Shown piece after piece: positions 47,816 through 59,906 of a stretch of 64,000 nt of DNA. The notes beneath the pieces were generated by a model, which saw only the letters and a list, made by a program, of their open reading frames with translations, was not told the origin of the DNA and ran no database searches. Numbering within the stretch: position 1 is the first letter of the stretch; every line of letters begins with the position of its first letter. This DNA comes from Clostridia bacterium (GTDB taxonomy: Bacteria > Bacillota > Clostridia > TANB77 > CAG-508), in assembly GCA_045643205.1 (NCBI GenBank), contig JAZUKI010000010.1, positions 145,608-209,607 on the forward strand. The letters run 5' to 3'. Position numbers and translations under genes: made by a program.

Positions 47816-48826
47816 TTATACAAACAATGCCATTGCTGAGAAAAGCAATGTAATTAAGTTCCAACATAAATGGAAGAAGTATGATGCAGCGAGATTGTTT
47901 GTTTTAACATATATATATGAAATAGGAAATGCAATAGTTGCATATTGAAATATAAATAAAAATTGTATAGGTGAAAAGAAAGCATAAGGAAGTACATGCA
48001 TTAAGCTAAATAGCAATGATGAAACAATTATAAAAACAGCATCATTCTTAATAAACTTTCTAATGAAACCTCTAAAAAATCCTTCTTCAACTGCAGGTCC
48101 AATTATTACTGCAAAGATAATTAAAAACCAAGCAGGCATACTATTTACATTTATTTGATTAGCAGCATCAACTTTAGTTATTAAAGATACAAGTAATCCA
48201 ACTGCTATTTGTGTAATAAAAGATAGTAAAAACACAGGTGTCATAGTATTAAAATAGTTTAAAAAGTTTTTGAAAAACAATTTTACATCTCTAATAATTT
48301 CTTTTTTTAGAGTGAAGAATATAACTAATAGCATAATTAAAAACATAACTGCATTTATTAATATTGAATAATCTATTGCAAATTGAGTTAGATTTAACCA
48401 TACAAATGATTGACTAAATAATCCGCAATAGAAAAATATGTATACTATTGAAAAGAATATAATATAAAATATTGTTTTACAGGTATTAACAGGTTCTGCC
48501 TTTGGCATAATTGGCTTTTGATATTGCTGATCATGTGTTGGGATTATAGTTATTAAAAAAATAACAAGTAATGCTAGTGAAGAGAATTTATAATCTTTAA
48601 TAAAAGCAGAAAAAACACCTAACACAGCGATTGAATTTCTATTTTTTGTTACATTTTTTAATGATAAAATAATTAAAATAATATTTAGAAATATTATTAA
48701 TATTAATGCCCTATAATCTATTTTACTATTTGGATTTATTATTGATTTTGAAATATCAATTATGCAAGATAAAATATAAAGACATGCAAATAATATTAAA
48801 ATTATCTTTTTTGTAGTAGCTCTCAT
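47816..48826 (-). CDS. CPBP (CAAX/Abi) intramembrane metalloprotease
   Basis: GPAVEEGFFRG, FSLMH, FHLCWN; likely start 48826 after GGAGG. Confidence 0.88.
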   Translation of the reverse strand: MRATTKKIILILFACLYILSCIIDISKSIINPNSKIDYRALILIIFLNIILIILSLKNVTKNRNSIAVLGVFSAFIKDYKFSSLALLVIFLITIIPTHDQQYQKPIMPKAEPVNTCKTIFYIIFFSIVYIFFYCGLFSQSFVWLNLTQFAIDYSILINAVMFLIMLLVIFFTLKKEIIRDVKLFFKNFLNYFNTMTPVFLLSFITQIAVGLLVSLITKVDAANQINVNSMPAWFLIIFAVIIGPAVEEGFFRGFIRKFIKNDAVFIIVSSLLFSLMHVLPYAFFSPIQFLFIFQYATIAFPISYIYVKTNNLAASYFFHLCWNLITLLFSAMALFV

Positions 48827-48995
48827 AATTACCTCCAAATTACATTGAAGTATTAAATATTTAAAATGTTTAATATTTAATAAAATTAAAAAAATTAAAA
48901 TATTTAAAAACATATTAATAGTATATTATTTAAAATAAAATATCAAATAAACATCAAATAATGCTGAAAAAATAGGAAAATATTAAGGCAACCGA

Positions 48996-49024
48996 TTGAA
49001 AAAAATAATATTTATTGCTAAAAT
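48996..49024 (+). promoter_or_regulatory. SigA promoter for eno
   Basis: TTGAAA-17-TAAAAT with extended TG. Confidence 0.6.
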
Positions 49025-49041
49025 AGAAACGTTGAAAATAA

Positions 49042-50361
<1,320 letters not shown>

Positions 50362-50382
50362 TCTATATAATAGTTGAAAATC

Positions 50383-50438
50383 AAGTAGGATATATGAGGT
50401 AAACCAATTTTATTTACTTCAAAATATCCTACTTTTTT
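50383..50438 (+). terminator. Long hairpin terminator after eno
   Basis: AAGTAGGATAT...ATATCCTACTT plus T-tract. Confidence 0.8.
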
Positions 50439-50496
50439 AATGCTTTTAAACTAATTTTATGGTATAATGTAAAGCATGTTTAATAAGGAGATACAA

Positions 50497-51108
50497 ATGA
50501 AACATTTTATTTTTGACATGGGTGGAGTTTTAAAAAAATCTGTAAGTAATGAGCAAATTGAAGATTATGATATAGGCATAGATAAAAATATTCCTGAAGG
50601 AGCTGATATTGTTTTTAATTTAGAGACAGAGCTTATGCTAGGAAATATTACATTAGAAGATTTTGTTTTGAGTGCTAGGAAATATTTTAATAAAAAAGAT
50701 ATTACTACTGAAGAATATATAAAAACATATTTTAAAATTGGAAAAGAAATGAACATCATGTTTTCACATGTTTTAGATTATTTAAAAGAATTAAAAGCAG
50801 AAGGACACAAAGTTTATTTATTATCTAATTTAATTGAAATTAGTTTTATAGAATTAAAAAAATACTTTGATGTAAGTGTGTTTGATAAAGCATACCTATC
50901 ATATGAAATGCATATGATAAAACCAAATGATGAAATTTTTCAAGCTGTAATTGAAGATATAGGAGATGATCCTAATAATATGATTTTCTTTGATGACAAT
51001 CCTAGAAATGTTGAAGCAGCAATAAGAAACGGAATGCAAGCATACATTACTGACGGCGCAAGATTAATTAATTATATTGAAAAAGCAAAAAGCGATAATA
51101 ATATTTAA
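50497..51108 (+). CDS. HAD family phosphatase
   Basis: FDMGGVL, LLSN, KP, FFDDNPRNV..A..GM. Confidence 0.9.
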   Translation: MKHFIFDMGGVLKKSVSNEQIEDYDIGIDKNIPEGADIVFNLETELMLGNITLEDFVLSARKYFNKKDITTEEYIKTYFKIGKEMNIMFSHVLDYLKELKAEGHKVYLLSNLIEISFIELKKYFDVSVFDKAYLSYEMHMIKPNDEIFQAVIEDIGDDPNNMIFFDDNPRNVEAAIRNGMQAYITDGARLINYIEKAKSDNNI

Positions 51109-51133
51109 GTAATAATATTTAAAGGAGCAAATA

Positions 51134-52387
51134 ATGTACGAAAATTTTAATATTGATAAAAAAATTATAAATAGTGTAAATGAAATTGAAGAAGAACTAA
51201 AACCAATATTTGATAAACTTGATGAAAATTGTTTATATTTTTCTGAAAAAGTACTTAAAACATTTCAAGATAATGCTGTAAGTACACAAGATTTTATTGA
51301 AGTTACAGGTTATGGCTTTACAGATGCAGGCAGAACAAAACTTGAAAAAATTTATGCACAATTATTTGGAGCAGAAGATGCAATTGTAAGACCACAAATC
51401 ATGAGTGGAACACATGCTTTAAAACTTGCTTTATTTGGTTTATTAAAATATGGAGATACATTTATAAGTATTTCTGGAAAACCATATGACACACTACAAT
51501 CAATCATAGGAATTTCTGGAGATAGCAGAAATTCATTAATTAAACATGGAATTAATTATGAAGAAATAGATTTAATTGATGATGATTTTGATTATGATGC
51601 TATAAGAGATAGAATTTCTCAAATGAATGTAAGAATGGTTGAAATTCAAAGATCAATTGGATACTCACATAGAAGTTCAATAGTAATGGACAAGATTGAA
51701 AAAGTCATTTCTGTAATAAAGAAAGCTGATCCTAACTGTATAGTTATGGTGGATAATTGTTATGGTGAATTTACTGAAAGAAAAGAACCATGCGAAGTAG
51801 GCGCAGATGTTGTAATAAGTTCTTTAATGAAAAACTTAGGAGCTGGTGTTGCAAGTTCAGGTGGATATATTTTAGGAAAAGAAGAATACATAAAAGATAT
51901 TGCTGAAGAATTGACAGCACCAACAGTAGGAAAAGATTTAGGTGCTAACTTTAATCAGTTAGGATCATATTACAAGGGATTGTTTCTTGCACCAAGAACA
52001 GTATGTTCAGCTTTAAAAACAATGGTATTTGCAAGTAGAATTTTAGAAAAGTATGGATACGAAGTACATCCAAAATATAATGAAACAAGAACAGACATTA
52101 TTCAAACAGTTGAATTAAATGATAGAGAAAAATTAATTAAATTCTGTCAAGGAATTCAAATGGGATCACCAATAGAATCATATGTTCAACCAGTACCAGA
52201 TGACATGCCAGGATATGCTCATCAAGAAATTATGGGAGGTGGTTCATTTACACCAGGAAGTACAATTGAATTAAGTTGTGATGCACCATTAGTTGAACCA
52301 TATACTGCTTATATGCAAGGTGGATTAACTTACGAATATGGAAAACTTGGAATACTAATTGCACTAAATAATATGTTAAACAAATAA
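51134..52387 (+). CDS. YnbB-like PLP-dependent methionine gamma-lyase family protein
   Basis: SGTHAL, GKPYDTL, VDNCYGEF, SLMKNLG, GSTIELSCD, YMQGGL. Confidence 0.9.
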   Translation: MYENFNIDKKIINSVNEIEEELKPIFDKLDENCLYFSEKVLKTFQDNAVSTQDFIEVTGYGFTDAGRTKLEKIYAQLFGAEDAIVRPQIMSGTHALKLALFGLLKYGDTFISISGKPYDTLQSIIGISGDSRNSLIKHGINYEEIDLIDDDFDYDAIRDRISQMNVRMVEIQRSIGYSHRSSIVMDKIEKVISVIKKADPNCIVMVDNCYGEFTERKEPCEVGADVVISSLMKNLGAGVASSGGYILGKEEYIKDIAEELTAPTVGKDLGANFNQLGSYYKGLFLAPRTVCSALKTMVFASRILEKYGYEVHPKYNETRTDIIQTVELNDREKLIKFCQGIQMGSPIESYVQPVPDDMPGYAHQEIMGGGSFTPGSTIELSCDAPLVEPYTAYMQGGLTYEYGKLGILIALNNMLNK

Positions 52388-52419
52388 ATTTTAATATATG
52401 AAATTTAAAGGAGGAAGAG

Positions 52420-54387
52420 ATGTTTGATTTACAATCAAAATTTCAACCAACTGGAGATCAACCAAAAGCAATTGAATATTTAGTAGACGGAATTAAAAGT
52501 GGAGAAAAATTCCAAACATTACTTGGAGTAACAGGTTCAGGTAAAACTTTTACTATGGCAAATGTTATTCAAAAAGTAAATAAGCCTACATTAGTATTGG
52601 CTCATAACAAAACATTAGCAGGCCAATTATATAGTGAGTTTAAAGAATTCTTTCCTAATGATCATGTTTCATATTTTGTATCTTTTTATGATTACTATCA
52701 ACCAGAAGCATATGTTCCACAATCAGATACTTATATAGAAAAAGATGCATCAATTAATGACGAGATTGATAAGCTTAGAATGGAATCAACAGCTAATCTT
52801 GTAACATATCCAAATACAATAATTGTAGCATCTGTTTCATGTTTATATGGATTAGGAAATCCTGAAGATTGGATGAATAAAATTTTATCTCTAACTCAAG
52901 GCGAAGAAATTGAAAGAAATGAAATGCTTAAAACATTGATTGAAATGCAATATACAAGAAATGAAATTGATTTTAAGCGTGGAACTTTTAGAGCAAAAGG
53001 AGATGTTGTAGAAATATTTCCATCAGATGAAAGTGAGATTGCTTTAAAAGTATATTTCTGGGGTGATGAGATTGAAAAAATAGAAACAATTAATCCATTA
53101 ACAGGAAAGAAAATTGCTGATATAAAAAAATATATAATTATTCCTAACACACAATATGCGACTAGTTCAGAAAAAATGGAAAGAGCTATTACATCTATAG
53201 AAGCAGAATTAAAAGAACAAGTAAAAGCGTTTAAAGAAAAAGGAAAATTAATTGAAGCTCAGAGAATAGAAGAAAGAACAAATTTTGATTTGGAAATGAT
53301 GAGGGAAACAGGTTATTGCCAAGGTATTGAAAATTATTCAAGACATATTGATGGCAGACAACCTGGACAACCTCCATATACATTATTTGATTATTTTCCT
53401 GATGACTTTTTACTACTTATTGATGAATCACATGCAACATTGCCACAGGTTAGAGCAATGTACAATGGCGATCATCAAAGAAAAGAAACTTTGATAAATT
53501 ATGGCTTTAGATTACCATCAGCATTTGATAATAGACCTTTAAAATTTGAAGAATTTGAAAAGAAAATAAAACAATGCATATTCTTTAGTGCTACACCAGC
53601 TGATTATGAGAAAGAACATTCTAAGGATAGAATAGTAGAACAAATTATTAGACCTACTGGATTACTTGATCCAAAGATTGAAGTAAAACCAATAGAAAAT
53701 CAAGTTGATGATTTAATAGCTCAAATACATGAAATTGTTTCTAAAAATGAAAGAGTTTTAGTTACTACCCTAACTAAAAAAATGGCAGAAGACTTAACAA
53801 AATATTTAACATCTTTAGATATTAAAGTTAAGTATTTACATTCAGATATAAAAGCACTTGAAAGAATGGAAATAATAAGGGATTTACGTTTAGGTAAATT
53901 TGATGTTTTAGTTGGAATAAACTTATTAAGAGAAGGATTAGACATTCCAGAAGTTTCACTAGTTGCAATTTTAGATGCTGATAAAGAAGGTTTCTTACGT
54001 TCTGAAAGATCACTTGTTCAAACAATAGGAAGAGCAGCAAGAAATACAGAGGGTAAAGTAATAATGTATGCAGATGAACTTACAGAATCAATGGAAAAAG
54101 CAATTACCGAAACAAATAGAAGAAGAGCTATTCAAGAAAAATATAATAAAGATAATAATATTATTCCGAAGACTATCAAAAAAGAAATTAGAGAATCTAT
54201 TAAAGCAACATATGCTCAAGTTGCAGAAAGTGATATACAATATAAGATAGAGAATGATGAAACTGTAGAAGAAGCAATTAATAGATTAACAAATGAAATG
54301 ATTAAATATGCTCAAAATCTTGAATTTGAGAAGGCTGCAGAAATAAGAGATCAAATTCAATTATTAAACAATGAAGCAGAAAATTAA
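52420..54387 (+). CDS. uvrB: Excinuclease ABC subunit B
   Basis: [35 protein letters not shown]-terminus. Confidence 0.98.
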   Translation: MFDLQSKFQPTGDQPKAIEYLVDGIKSGEKFQTLLGVTGSGKTFTMANVIQKVNKPTLVLAHNKTLAGQLYSEFKEFFPNDHVSYFVSFYDYYQPEAYVPQSDTYIEKDASINDEIDKLRMESTANLVTYPNTIIVASVSCLYGLGNPEDWMNKILSLTQGEEIERNEMLKTLIEMQYTRNEIDFKRGTFRAKGDVVEIFPSDESEIALKVYFWGDEIEKIETINPLTGKKIADIKKYIIIPNTQYATSSEKMERAITSIEAELKEQVKAFKEKGKLIEAQRIEERTNFDLEMMRETGYCQGIENYSRHIDGRQPGQPPYTLFDYFPDDFLLLIDESHATLPQVRAMYNGDHQRKETLINYGFRLPSAFDNRPLKFEEFEKKIKQCIFFSATPADYEKEHSKDRIVEQIIRPTGLLDPKIEVKPIENQVDDLIAQIHEIVSKNERVLVTTLTKKMAEDLTKYLTSLDIKVKYLHSDIKALERMEIIRDLRLGKFDVLVGINLLREGLDIPEVSLVAILDADKEGFLRSERSLVQTIGRAARNTEGKVIMYADELTESMEKAITETNRRRAIQEKYNKDNNIIPKTIKKEIRESIKATYAQVAESDIQYKIENDETVEEAINRLTNEMIKYAQNLEFEKAAEIRDQIQLLNNEAEN

Positions 54388-54479
54388 TTAAATATATTTT
54401 GAAAAAAAGAAAAGTATTAGATAAGTCATAAAGAATAAAAAATAAATATTCCAGCTTAGCTGGAAGCTTATAAACAAAG

Positions 54480-54516
54480 AAGAACTCATTAATTTAAAAT
54501 TAATGAGTTCTTTTTT
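54480..54516. terminator. Bidirectional terminator
   Basis: AAGAACTCATTAATTT-AAAATTAATGAGTTCTT palindrome plus T-tract. Confidence 0.85.
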
Positions 54517-54610
54517 ATATAAAATTTAAATAAATTTTATATAAATTTTAAATGTTTTTTATGATTATTGTTAATCATTCTTTAATAAAGTTCTATACTA
54601 ACTTCTAAAA

Positions 54611-55993
54611 TTAATAGTTATTCGGATCATTATAAGGATTTGCACCACGATCTAAATCTGGTTCATGATCATTTGGAGCAACATCAGAAATTCCATATTC
54701 TTCAGCTAATTCGTTAGCATCATTTCCTGATAGAGTATCATTTTCATAAGCATATTCTAATGATCTTTTACATAATTCTTTTTTATAATCTATATTTGGA
54801 TTTTTTGCAAAATCTGCATCAAGTTCTTTAACTATTTGATTCCAATTGTCAGATGATATATTGGTTTCTTCTTTTAATTTAGCTACTTCAGAAGCACTCA
54901 TGATTTTAGGAGCAGTACCATTAATTGAATTTAAAATTTCATCTTTATCATCATTTTGTGGATTTTCAGCATTGTTTTTAATTTCTTCAAAATGAACATC
55001 ATCTTTTTGAAAGATTTCTCTAGTGTTAGGATATATATCATTTGGTTCAACATTATCGATCTTTACACCTAACATATGACCATTTTGGTTAGCACCTTCA
55101 GCATAGAATGTACCATATTCAGTACCACGATTATAAACACCAAAAGCTTTTGTTGGATAATTTCTAACTCTAAAAGCAAATGCTACAGCAACACCATCTT
55201 GAACTTTTTGTCCATTTTCAGCAATTAAATTCATTGTAGGAACATTAAGAATTTCAAGTGTATTTGAATCTACTTGTTCAAAAGAACCATCAGCATTTAT
55301 ACCAATTACCATCTTTTGACCACTAATGCCTTTTATAAATTTATATGATTGATATTTTTTACCAATTAAATCATTTAAAGTTGTATTATCATCTAACAGC
55401 TGATTACCTTTAATAGGCTTAGAATCAGTGCCAGAAGGTAATTGATCAGCAGAGAATTTTACTCCATTATTTGTAATTTCATAAGAATTTGATTCATCAA
55501 TCTCTTCTTTAGAAATACCTAATTCTTCACCAGCTTTTTCAACTTTTTCTAAATCTGTTAAGGAAATTTTGTTTTCACTATTTGCAGCATTATCTAATTG
55601 TTTTTGTTTATTAGCTATTGTTGCACCTAGTTCAGGATTAATTGAAGATTCTTGAGCAATTTCTTGTTGAGAATATTGTTTTACATTTAATAAATCAGCT
55701 GTTTGAGAATCAATAGTATAAAATTCTTTTCTATCTCTTTCAATATTGTTTTCTTTATCAACTTCTTTTAATTCAACAATATAAAGTTCTTTACCATTGT
55801 CTTGTCTAACAAAAGAAACATTAGTAATTTCAATAAAGCCTCTTTGAGTATCTTCCTTATTATCAGCTATAAATTTATCCTTTACTGCATTTAGTTGTTC
55901 AATCTTTGCAGAGGGTGTTAAATCCTCAAAATTTGCAACTTTATTTTGTTGGTTATCTTCAGGAGCGTTAACTCCCATAATATCATCTGCCAT
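54611..55993 (-). CDS. Hypothetical acidic protein (460 aa)
   Basis: Long ORF with RBS GGAGG, own promoter-like TTGAAA-16-TATAAT and a terminator; no motif recognised. Confidence 0.75.
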   Translation of the reverse strand: MADDIMGVNAPEDNQQNKVANFEDLTPSAKIEQLNAVKDKFIADNKEDTQRGFIEITNVSFVRQDNGKELYIVELKEVDKENNIERDRKEFYTIDSQTADLLNVKQYSQQEIAQESSINPELGATIANKQKQLDNAANSENKISLTDLEKVEKAGEELGISKEEIDESNSYEITNNGVKFSADQLPSGTDSKPIKGNQLLDDNTTLNDLIGKKYQSYKFIKGISGQKMVIGINADGSFEQVDSNTLEILNVPTMNLIAENGQKVQDGVAVAFAFRVRNYPTKAFGVYNRGTEYGTFYAEGANQNGHMLGVKIDNVEPNDIYPNTREIFQKDDVHFEEIKNNAENPQNDDKDEILNSINGTAPKIMSASEVAKLKEETNISSDNWNQIVKELDADFAKNPNIDYKKELCKRSLEYAYENDTLSGNDANELAEEYGISDVAPNDHEPDLDRGANPYNDPNNY

Positions 55994-56088
55994 AATAATA
56001 CCTCCAATAATAAAATTATAACATATTTTTAGGCTTTTTCAAAGACATTTATAATGCAATTTTATTGCATTTTTGCCATATTTGAATC

Positions 56089-56117
56089 TTGACTTGAAAG
56101 AACAAGTGTTTTATAAT
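56089..56117 (+). promoter_or_regulatory. uvrA SigA promoter with a LexA (SOS) box in the spacer
   Basis: TTGACT(56089)-17-TATAAT(56112); GAAC-AAGT-GTTT at 56100-56111 matches Firmicutes GAAC-N4-GTTY. Confidence 0.75.
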
Positions 56118-56177
56118 ATGAGTGCTTATATTTTATAAAAAATAAACTGAAAGGAGAAAGGCTTAGCCTTCAAAATA

Positions 56178-59006
56178 ATGTCAGTAGAAAATATAGTAAT
56201 TAAAGGTGCTAGCGAGCACAATTTAAAGAATTTAGATATTAAAATTCCAAAAAATAAGTTGGTAGTTATAACAGGTTTATCTGGCTCAGGTAAATCTTCT
56301 TTAGCATTTGATACATTATATGCTGAAGGACAAAGAAGATATGTTGAATCATTATCTTCATATGCACGCCAATTTTTAGGTTTAATGGATAAGCCTAATG
56401 TTGATTATATAGAAGGATTATCTCCAGCAATTTCAATTGACCAAAAGACAACATCTAAAAATCCAAGATCAACAGTAGGAACAGTTACAGAAATTTATGA
56501 TTATCTTAGACTTTTATATGCAAGAGTTGGAGTTCCATATTGCCCTAATGATGGAACAAAAATTGAGAAACAATCAGTAGATCAAATTGTTGATGATATA
56601 ATGAAACTAGAAGAAGGAACTAAAATTCAAATTTTAGCTCCTGTTGTTCGTGAAAAAAAGGGAGAATATAAGAAACTTTTAGATAGTTTTGAGAAAAGTG
56701 GTTTTGTTAGAGTTAGAATTGATGGAGAAATGTTTGAACTTTCAGATGATATCGAAATTGATAGAAAGAAAAAACATACTATAGAAATAGTGATAGATAG
56801 ATTAGTTATTAAAGAATCTATTAAAGCTAGATTAACAGAATCAATTGAAATAGCATTAAAAGAAGCTGATAATTTAGTTAAAATTGATATACAAGGTGAG
56901 AGTGAGAAACTTTATAGTGGAAATTATGCATGTCCTAAATGTGGATTTTCATTCGAAGAATTAACACCAAGAATGTTCTCATTTAATAATCCTATGGGTG
57001 CGTGCCCAGAATGTACTGGTATTGGATATTTATTAAAGATGGATCCAGATTTAATTATTCCAGATAAAGATAAAACATTATACGATGGAGTAAAACTATT
57101 TGGAGCATCAACTTTAAAGAAAAATGACACAATAGCTAAAATGTATTTTGAATCAATTGGAAAACATTACAACATTGATATTCAAAACAAAAAAATCAAA
57201 GATTTACCAGATTGGTTTATGGATAAAATTTTATATGGTACTGGTGATGAAGTAATTGATTTCGAATATAAATCAGCATTTGGTACTAGAACTAATAATA
57301 TACCTTTTGAAGGAGTTATTCCTACACTTGAAAGAAGACATAAAGAAACAAAGTCACCATCAATGATTGAATGGTATGAAATGTACATGAGCGAAATGGA
57401 TTGTCCTATTTGCAAAGGTGCTAGATTAAAACCAGAAGTACTAAATGTAAAAGTTGGAAAACTTAATATTAAAGATTTATGTGATTTATCAATTATTCAC
57501 ATAAAAGAGTATATAGATAAATTAAAATTTACCGAAAAAGAAAAAATAATTGCTGAACAAATAATTCAAGAATTAGATTTAAGACTTCAATTTTTAATTG
57601 ATGTTGGATTAGATTATTTAACATTATCAAGAAGTGCTGCCACATTATCTGGAGGAGAATCTCAACGTATTAGACTTGCAACCCAAATAGGATCAGGCCT
57701 AACAGGGGTTATGTATATTCTTGATGAACCAAGTATAGGTTTACATCAAAGAGATAATAATAAATTAATTAAAACAATGAAAAAGCTTCGTGATCAAGAC
57801 AATTCAGTTATAGTTGTAGAACATGATATAGATACGATGAGAGAAGCAGATCAAATAATTGATATTGGGCCAGGTGCAGGAGTTCATGGTGGAAAACTTT
57901 TAGCACAAGGAACAGCCGAAGAAATAGCTAAAGTAAAAACATCTATAACAGGACAATATTTAAGTGGTAAGAAAAAAATAGAAGTTCCAAAAGAAAGAAG
58001 AAAGGGAAACGGAAACTATCTTGAAGTTTCAGGAGCAAAACAACATAATCTTAAGAATTTGAACGTTAAGTTCCCTTTAGGAGAATTTGTTTGTGTTACA
58101 GGTGTTTCTGGCTCAGGAAAATCAACATTAGTTAATGATATTTTATTTACTAACGTTTACAAAGAACTATATGATTCAAAGATTAAAGTTGGACAATGTA
58201 AGAAAATCAAAGGAATGGAAAACATTGATAAAGTTATAAATATTGACCAATCACCAATCGGAAGAAGTCCACGTTCTAACCCAGCAACATATACTGGAGT
58301 TTTTGATTTTATTAGAGATTTATTTGCTACAACAAATGAAGCAAAAATAAGAGGATACCAAAAAGGAAGATTCAGTTTCAATGTTCCAGGAGGAAGATGT
58401 GAATCATGCTCAGGTGATGGAATTATTAAGATTGAAATGAACTTTTTATCTGATGTTTATGTTCCATGCGATGTTTGTCATGGAAAAAGATATAATCGTG
58501 AAACTCTTGAAATCAAATACAAAGGTAAATCAATTGCTGATATATTAGATATGACAGTAGAAGATGCATTAAAATTCTTTGAAAATGTTCCTAATATTAA
58601 GAGAAAAATTCAAACATTAAGCAATGTAGGCCTTGGATATATTAAGTTAGGACAACCTGCTACAACACTATCTGGTGGTGAAGCACAGAGAATTAAACTT
58701 GCTACAGAATTGTCAAAAATTCAAACAGGAAAAACTTTATATATCTTAGATGAGCCAACAACAGGTTTGCACATTGACGATGTAAGTAGATTAGTTAATA
58801 TAATTCAAGAATTAACTGACAAAGGAAACACTGTTATAGTAATTGAACACAATTTAGATTTAATAAAAACATGTGATCATATTATTGATTTAGGCCCTGA
58901 AGGTGGCGACATGGGTGGTGAAATTGTTGCAGAAGGAACTCCAGAAGAAATTTGCAAAATCAAGAAGAGTTATACTGGACAATTTTTAAAGCCTTACTTA
59001 AAATAA
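56178..59006 (+). CDS. uvrA: Excinuclease ABC subunit A
   Basis: Two ABC domains (GLSGSGKSS, GVSGSGKST, LSGGE), zinc fingers. Confidence 0.98.
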   Translation: MSVENIVIKGASEHNLKNLDIKIPKNKLVVITGLSGSGKSSLAFDTLYAEGQRRYVESLSSYARQFLGLMDKPNVDYIEGLSPAISIDQKTTSKNPRSTVGTVTEIYDYLRLLYARVGVPYCPNDGTKIEKQSVDQIVDDIMKLEEGTKIQILAPVVREKKGEYKKLLDSFEKSGFVRVRIDGEMFELSDDIEIDRKKKHTIEIVIDRLVIKESIKARLTESIEIALKEADNLVKIDIQGESEKLYSGNYACPKCGFSFEELTPRMFSFNNPMGACPECTGIGYLLKMDPDLIIPDKDKTLYDGVKLFGASTLKKNDTIAKMYFESIGKHYNIDIQNKKIKDLPDWFMDKILYGTGDEVIDFEYKSAFGTRTNNIPFEGVIPTLERRHKETKSPSMIEWYEMYMSEMDCPICKGARLKPEVLNVKVGKLNIKDLCDLSIIHIKEYIDKLKFTEKEKIIAEQIIQELDLRLQFLIDVGLDYLTLSRSAATLSGGESQRIRLATQIGSGLTGVMYILDEPSIGLHQRDNNKLIKTMKKLRDQDNSVIVVEHDIDTMREADQIIDIGPGAGVHGGKLLAQGTAEEIAKVKTSITGQYLSGKKKIEVPKERRKGNGNYLEVSGAKQHNLKNLNVKFPLGEFVCVTGVSGSGKSTLVNDILFTNVYKELYDSKIKVGQCKKIKGMENIDKVINIDQSPIGRSPRSNPATYTGVFDFIRDLFATTNEAKIRGYQKGRFSFNVPGGRCESCSGDGIIKIEMNFLSDVYVPCDVCHGKRYNRETLEIKYKGKSIADILDMTVEDALKFFENVPNIKRKIQTLSNVGLGYIKLGQPATTLSGGEAQRIKLATELSKIQTGKTLYILDEPTTGLHIDDVSRLVNIIQELTDKGNTVIVIEHNLDLIKTCDHIIDLGPEGGDMGGEIVAEGTPEEICKIKKSYTGQFLKPYLK

Positions 59007-59100
59007 TAGTTAATTAAAAATAAAGTATGTTTTAAAATTATTAAACAAAGTATGTTAGAAGAGCATTAAAAACATAACTTTAAAATATTGAGGAAAATAA

Positions 59101-59799
59101 ATGAACAATATTGTAATAGGAATTGAAGGTGATGTCGGTGCAGGTAAAACTTCAATTTGTAAAGAATTAATTAAAAAGATGGAAAATACAGTGTTTGTTG
59201 ATGCTGGAGATATTGCAAGAGCTTTAGTTATGGTTATTAAGAAAAATCCATTATTATGGCCAATAGGACTAAAGCTAATCTCTGGTAAAAAAGTAGACAT
59301 GGATAAATTAATGAATAAAGTTAAATTATCTTTTACTCTTAATGATCATGATACTCAAATTTATATAAATGAAAAACTAGTTCCTTTTGAAAAACTTCAA
59401 ACAAGAAAAAATGGTATGGGGGTTAGTAAACTAACAGGAAAAGTAGATTGGAATTCACTTAATAAATTTGTTAGTAATAAAGTAAATAAAATTAGAGAAG
59501 ATCATAATGTAATTTTAGCAGGAAGAGGATTAGTTAATTTATATAATGATTTAACATGCCATATTTTTGTTACTGCTGACTTAAAAGTTAGAGTCGAAAG
59601 AAGATATAAGCAATATGAATGTAACGTTCCAAAAGAAAAAATAAAGAAAGAAATTATTGAAAGAGACAGACTTCATGAAGAGTCTGGTTTCAACAAAATT
59701 AGCGACATAACAATCAAGGTTGACGTAACAAATTGTCAATCTGCAGAGGATGCAACAAATTTAGTAATTAATGTATTAAAAGAGCATAAAATTCTATAA
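59101..59799 (+). CDS. cmk: Cytidylate kinase-like protein, divergent
   Basis: IGIEGDVGAGKTS, VDAGDIAR, AGR, FVTAD..VRVERR, ERDR. Confidence 0.75.
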   Translation: MNNIVIGIEGDVGAGKTSICKELIKKMENTVFVDAGDIARALVMVIKKNPLLWPIGLKLISGKKVDMDKLMNKVKLSFTLNDHDTQIYINEKLVPFEKLQTRKNGMGVSKLTGKVDWNSLNKFVSNKVNKIREDHNVILAGRGLVNLYNDLTCHIFVTADLKVRVERRYKQYECNVPKEKIKKEIIERDRLHEESGFNKISDITIKVDVTNCQSAEDATNLVINVLKEHKIL

Positions 59800-59805
59800 A
59801 ATTTA

Positions 59806-59834
59806 TTGCTTTTTTAAATATATATTGTTAAAAT
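59806..59834 (+). promoter_or_regulatory. SigA promoter for secA
   Basis: TTGCTT-17-TAAAAT with extended TG. Confidence 0.55.
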
Positions 59835-59906
59835 TCAAGGGTAATATTGGCTTGTTTTACAAAAAATAAGTCTAAAAAAATATAAGCATTAAAGAAAAGA
59901 GGACTT

